Positions 59,301 through 64,000 of a DNA stretch of 64,000 nucleotides are shown piece by piece. The stretch comes from Tubiluchus corallicola (lineage: Eukaryota > Animalia > Priapulida). The notes under the pieces are model-generated. The model had not been told where the DNA came from. It worked only from the letters and a program-made list of their open reading frames with translations, and ran no database searches. The stretch covers positions 24,475 through 88,474 of the forward strand of contig JAQGDQ010000843.1 in assembly GCA_030141605.1 (NCBI GenBank). The letters run 5' to 3'. Numbering within the stretch: the first letter of the stretch is position 1; each line of letters starts with the position of its first letter. The translations under genes were made by a program, and so were the position numbers.

Positions 59301-62300
59301 GGTGTACTTACAGACAGTTCTATATGGGGTAACATCACAGTGTAAGACTAGAGTGGTGTACTTACAGACAGCTCTATATGGAGTAACATCACAGTGTCAG
59401 ACTAGAGTGGTGTACTTACAGACAGTTCTATACGGGGTAACATCACAGTGTAAGTCTAGAGTGGTGTACTTACAGACAGTTCTATATGGGGTAACATCAC
59501 AGTGTAAGGCTAGAGTGGCGTACTTACAGACAGTTCTATATGGGGTAACATCACAGTGTAAGACTAGAGTGGTGTACTTACAGACAGCTCTATATGGGGT
59601 AACATCACAGTGTAAGTCTAGAGTGGTGTACTTACAGACAGTTCTATACGGGGTAACATCACAGTGTAAGACTAGAGTGGTGTACTTACAGACAGCTCTA
59701 TATGGGGTAACATCACAGTGTAAGACTAGAGTGGTGTACTTACAGACAGTTCTATACGGGGTAACATCACAGTGTAAGTCTAGAGTGGTGTACTTACAGA
59801 CAGTTCTACACGGGGTAACAACACAGTGTAAGACTAGAGTGGTGTACTTACAGACAGCTCTATATGGGGTAACATCACAGTGTAAGACTAGAGTGGTGTA
59901 CTTACAGACAGTTCTATACGGGGTAACATCACAGTGTAAGACTAGAGTGGTGTACTTACAGACAGTTCTATACGAGGTAACATCACAGTGTAAGACTAGA
60001 GTGGCTATTGTTGTGTGCAACTGACCAAACTCTCTGGCCTGCAGCGAACTCCACCTCCTAGGCTGCATCTCCTAATATGGGAAAAAGCAATTAAGAACAA
60101 GTTAGTAATGTTTACTGTTGGATAGCCAATATGTTGTCTAAACAAATGACACATTTTTAAGCTGCTTAAAACTTGACTTAAGTTTTCTATTTTCGAAATA
60201 TAAGCAACAAAATTATGTTTAATTTACAGTGTAGTAAAAACAGTACAGTGTAGTGACTAATTACTAACTTACAAAGGATACTTAGCGTGAAAACTAACAT
60301 ACATAATGTACTACCGAACACAGAAGATGAAGAATACATAATAGCATTATTATAGGTCAAGTAGCAGCTTTAAAGCAGTATGTTTTTGTTCATAATAACA
60401 ATTCATGGGTAACTCAAAGCTAAACATCGCACAACTAGTAAACAATGAAGAAGCTTTAAGTAAAACAATGGCTTAACCTCTGATGTAGGACTGGAGGCGG
60501 GAGAGCGACCAATCAGAAAGCTCATCAACCTTTGAAAGCCATTTCTTGAAAATAAATGCATGCAAGCATTCGTACCCTGAAAGAAAAACATATTTACTTG
60601 CGATACAAACAACGAATTACATAAGAATAGCAACAACAATGATGGCGTCAACAACAACGGTGGAGTCGTCACATTACGAGACCGCTGCACCTGTAGCTAC
60701 AACACAAATCAAGTCCGGAAAGAATGGATGCACGCGCCATGCTGATTCTGGCCGTTTACATCGCAGAGGGAAAGCCTAATCACACACAAACATCACTAAG
60801 ACTCATCTGTCAGTTCAATGGCTCACCTTAGGTTGCCATTGAAAATGGTGCAAAAAGATGCATAAAGAAGTGTCAATAAAAAAAACAAAAGACTGTCGGA
60901 TATCTTACCATTTGCACATACGAACTAAGTAACCAAAAGTATTGGACACACTGTTTGCAATTGTCCTGTACTTCTTTACCCAGCAAGTCCAAAATTGACT
61001 CAATGAGTTCATTAAACATCTTATGTTGCTAGAAAAAAGATTGAAAACATATTCAGTAAAGATGCAAAATTTATTACGCAAATGGACGGAGACTTCATTA
61101 CTTCTAGTTACTTGGAATTTTACCGTTTAGATGCAAAATTTATTACGCAAATGGACGGAGACTTCGTTACTTCTAGTTACTTGGAATTTTACCGTCAAAC
61201 ATGGAGAACACAAAGTTAAACATGGCTTCACCTAGACCACAATTTTCAAGACATTTTGACATATTATCAAGATTTGAATGGAAGACAAACACCGTACCAC
61301 TAATCCGCCATGGAAGAAGAAATAGTTGATGGATTTCTGTAGCAAACTAACGAAATCAACCCGAACTTCTTGTGTTGGACAGATTAGCAAGAGAGGTCTG
61401 AAAATACAAAGTAAGTTTACAGTAATTCACTAAACTAAGTATAATTCGAAACGGAATAACATGAATTCTTGCTTATCTTGAACAGATCTTGTGGAACGGA
61501 TTTTCCCTTTCAATTCCCTGTTCACGAAACAAAATTTGTGACCAGAATTATCGCATAACTCAAAGAGAATTCCCGGTACAATTTATAAGTATCTAACTGA
61601 AATTACCCCGCCTATCTCGAACAACTTCCCAAGCGAGAAATCCTACACGAAAGTGTGCACCACATCACGACTTTTACTGCTAGTTTCATCAAAAATGCTA
61701 AGATTTCTTGTATTACCTTAGCAGAATGCTGAACACAACGTGGCTTAACGAACGTGGTTTAATAACTAAATCACAATATTATTATTGCGGGCCGAATTCT
61801 ATTAACCATGTGACTCAGACCACAACAGAGGTGGACCGGTCATTTTTATTTTTGATTATTCATAAAGATTATTGTTTCATATTTGATTAAAAACCCAGTT
61901 TGTTATTTTCACAGGCCGTAGTGTACTGTCCGACGTTGACGAGCGACTTAATCTCGTTTTCTTACGAACATTGTCTAAGTCATACCTTTCAAATTTTCCA
62001 GTCTCGGGGTGTTCGACTTATACATAGCTTACCGCATTCCACAAAGGAAACTTGCAGCCGTTTATGGCAATAAAGTTTTGTAATAATTAATGTTACTACA
62101 AGACATACAATTGTTCTTTGCACACAGTAATTTAGGTGCTGTCTAAGGCATCCAAGACAGCAAAAATTCCAGAAACTTAGGTAATTAGTCTTCCCTTATC
62201 CACAGGAATTTCCCGGATGTAAAGGAGTGAAATTTATTTGAAACTAAATGACACGCTCTGGAGAGATCGAACTTCATTATCACGCACTTTTACAACGTAA

Positions 62301-62522
62301 TATGTCGGAACAGAGAAAGTAATAAAATGCAATAATTTAGACAATAAACAAATACTATTTCACAACACTCTAATAACAACACACATTATGAACTACTAAG
62401 CTACTTACACTAAACAGGCTTTCCCCTTTGAACTTGCAAGATATTCTATTAACCAATCAGACGCTTCCTTACTTGCATGTAACAATTTCTCTAAGAGTGT
62501 CAACCAATCACAGCTGTCCATC
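46798..62522 (-). CDS. USP24: Ubiquitin carboxyl-terminal hydrolase 24-like, C-terminal 13 exons (~459 aa; 5' part continues right of 62522)
   Basis: Exons 62522-62409, 61397-61298, 61028-60909, 60576-60478, 60071-59960, 58088-57970, 56315-56199, 55832-55767, 55220-55127, 53227-53152, 49762-49687, 47727-47635, 46992-46798, all GT-AG and in phase. Peptides [62 protein letters not shown] and [20 protein letters not shown] match the USP24 C-terminus as I recall it (RRWSSAQAREFGNLHNTVALLVLHSDV; WAVQWLQKKMSEHYWTP; [20 protein letters not shown]). Confidence 0.92.
47190..47668 (-). repeat. ~86-bp tandem repeat (~5.5 copies) derived from the 3' end and donor of the penultimate USP24 exon
   Basis: On the minus strand the unit reads TCGTTTCAGAGAACYATAAGCRCACAG|GTTAGTTTACAG...; the first copy is the real exon end. 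Confidence 0.85.
48100..48690 (-). mobile_element. Degenerate LINE ORF2 remnant (RTE-X-like)
   Basis: ORF 48312-48611 [39 protein letters not shown]...LFKSY resembles the post-RT KYLGH.I...L.DD.DI..Q....Y.R.N.L.R.F motif. Confidence 0.7.
48703..49675. repeat. 41-bp minisatellite, ~23 copies, starting ~10 nt into a USP24 intron
   Basis: Unit atgtgactttacgcaagcgtcaaggagtttagattaaatat. Confidence 0.95.
50302..50468. repeat. (GT)n microsatellite
   Basis: Direct reading. Confidence 0.95.
52459..52578 (+). rRNA. 5S rRNA sequence (SINE head or pseudogene, not an rDNA unit)
   Basis: ctacggccaaatcacgttgaaaacaccggttctc..gatcac.gaagttaagcaacg..gagcc.ggttagt.cttggatgggtgaccgcct.ggaatacc..tgctgtaggctt; several apparent substitutions. 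Confidence 0.85.
52459..52965 (+). mobile_element. 5S rRNA-derived SINE (SINE3): 5S head, GC-rich body, (CAA)n tail
   Basis: 5S at 52459-52578 runs straight into ~370 nt of body with no oligo-T terminator and ends gatgcc(aac)n. Confidence 0.8.
54428..54746. mobile_element. hAT MITE
   Basis: TIR TAGGGGGTGAGCAT / ATGCTCACCCCTA, internal TTCGAA repeats, degenerate 8-bp TSD (ggcattga / gacactga). Confidence 0.75.
55310..55562. repeat. ~81-bp tandem repeat, 3 copies
   Basis: gtgcataaattatacaaa.atacagcattgggaaaa.gaatgctaactggtgtcagaaa.gggattgcaaatt x3. Confidence 0.9.
55855..56042. repeat. 18-bp minisatellite
   Basis: ggcattatagatattcta, about 10 copies. Confidence 0.9.
56066..56128 (-). pseudogene. 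tRNA-like (Asn/GTT-like) SINE head or tRNA pseudogene
   Basis: Minus strand ggcacggtggcctagtgatacggcg...ctgttga...gagttcgattcctg carries A and B boxes; stems are imperfect. Confidence 0.45.
56545..57535. repeat. 44-bp/~30-bp composite minisatellite expanded inside the element also seen at 31560-31790
   Basis: cgtcttaactacaaccatcacgtgacacgagtaccacagcaa alternating with a shortened unit. Confidence 0.95.
58290..60003 (-). repeat. 54-bp minisatellite, 31 copies, each 43 nt of USP24 exon end plus 11 nt of intron start (T|GTAAGT)
   Basis: Unit on the minus strand: ACTCTAGTCTTACACTGTGATGTTACCCCRTATAGAACTGTCT|GTAAGTACACC = [18 protein letters not shown]. Confidence 0.95.
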
Positions 62523-62904
62523 CTGTTGAAATAAAATTTGGATTTTAACAAATTTGTCAAGGTTGAAAACTTGAAACAGAAATTTGCAAAAACTGGTAAA
62601 CAGAAGCTCATTATTTCATAATTACTCATATCATTTAAAGTAAAAAAAACCAACTGAATAAAATTGCTTTTTTGCACAAGAATAAAAGATTAGACTCACA
62701 GTTAATAGAATTGGTAGTTTACTTGACTTGAAAACAACTGGTACTGCCGCTCCAATTCATTTATATACATATAAACAGCCATGTTTGTAAGCCGGTTTAT
62801 TTATTATGAGTTAATATGCTAATGGTTTTGCTTTGAATCTATCACTCGCTTGTCCACTGCACTTAACCTCGTTACCGAAGAATTTATGGACGCTAAACTT
62901 TTAA

Positions 62905-63358
62905 CCCTTTCATACCCGTTGTATCCCGAGAGATACGAGAATATTTTCTGTCTTTAAAATTAATAAAATTTTAAAACAGACAGTTATTTCATCTGTTAAT
63001 AGTTATTTTGATTTAAGCCAATAACAATAGACTAAAAATGGTGATAAAATGGCAAACTAGGAAATCTACATAGCACAAAAAACTGTGCAAGGTACAGTAC
63101 ATTAGAGACGACTTTGTACAGATCAGCATAGCATGCATACTAAATATCTTAAATACTTTAAAAAATTATCAGCAGTTGCAAAATGAAGCACATTTTATGT
63201 TTCCATTGAATCCCAATGTATCCCGTGGGATACAGGCTATATTTAGCACGCGGGCACAGGTAGAAAAAAAATTATGTGTAAACAAGATGGACATACTGAA
63301 CAAAAGTACCAAGCCAAAAATTTTTTTCTTATTAAAAAATAATTTGGGACTGAAAGGG
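62905..63358 (-). mobile_element. piggyBac-like MITE (second copy)
   Basis: TTAA|CCCTTTCA...TGAAAGGG|TTAA, perfect TTAA TSD. Confidence 0.85.
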
Positions 63359-63594
63359 TTAATCAGCTGCCTAGCTGTTTCCTTTTGAAGTTCTAGCTGC
63401 TTTTCACAGAACATTTCATCAGTTGCTGTCATGACAACGATATGGAGGCAGCGAAATACCAGAATTATGTTCGACTTTGCAAGTGCAAATATCATAGAGC
63501 AGCTAAGAGCATAGAGTTCATTTTGAAAAGTGTTAAAACCCTAACATTTAAACCTCTCACTGCCTTTACAGCCCATAGTAAGCCGAAGAACCTA

Positions 63595-63881
63595 GCCACT
63601 GGAGGGGGGGCAAGCCAGCCCAACTCAGTGCCGGTCCCAAGCCCGGATAAATAGGGAGGGTTAGGGTCAGGAAGGGCATCCGCCTATAAAAACTGCGCCA
63701 AAACCTCCTATGAATGAGTCGGTGAGACCCGCTCTAATCTATGGGCTTGAATCAGCTTCTCTAAAGAAGACCGAAGAGAAGAAAATGGTTGTGGTGGAGA
63801 TGAGGACGTTGAGATGGATGGTGGGAATAACAAGAAGAGATAAAATTAGAAATAATAATATCAGAGGAACAGTAAAAGTAG
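63595..63881 (+). mobile_element. Bipartite (internally deleted) RTE-derived element: RTE 5'UTR motif fused to an ORF2 C-terminal fragment
   Basis: tgccggtcccaagcccggataaa...gagggtt (RTE 5'UTR motif), then 63719-63880 encoding SVRPALIYGLESASLKKTEEKKMVVVEMRTLRWMVGITRRDKIRNNNIRGTVKV (RTE post-RT domain). Confidence 0.8.
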
Positions 63882-63882
63882 A

Positions 63883-64000
<118 letters not shown>

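Noticed and set aside
58327-60024. Long + strand ORFs of 292 and 259 aa
   Set aside because: They are the antisense reading of the 54-bp array; the unit's origin is the minus-strand USP24 exon end.
63169-63505. ORF as a further USP24 exon
   Set aside because: Half of it lies in the piggyBac MITE, and I found no donor giving the phase-2 junction required by exon 62522.

Overview
AT-rich eukaryotic (animal) genomic DNA with spliceosomal GT-AG introns. The 5S sequence and SINE types suggest a lophotrochozoan-like invertebrate (inference). I assembled five gene models by hand from splice sites and reading phase: two tandem, divergent annexin paralogues on the minus strand (455-7591, last exon off-window; 11340-18392, complete, 321 aa), a 3'-truncated trypsin-like serine protease fragment just upstream of annexin 2 (18909-22528, -), a calponin/transgelin/Mp20-like gene (25340-42054, +, 189 aa) and the last 13 exons of a USP24 orthologue (46798-62522, -). 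Introns and intergenic DNA hold many MITEs, SINEs (one 5S-headed), LINE remnants, Penelope-type hammerhead repeats and minisatellites. Three observations stand out. (1) The annexin paralogues have near-identical introns but exons about 28% divergent in protein, almost all through non-synonymous changes. (2) A 31-copy 54-bp minisatellite built from a USP24 exon/intron junction forms an in-frame ladder of 5' splice sites. (3) The protease signal-peptide exon is phase-compatible with splicing into annexin 2. All counts are by eye; no database searches were run.
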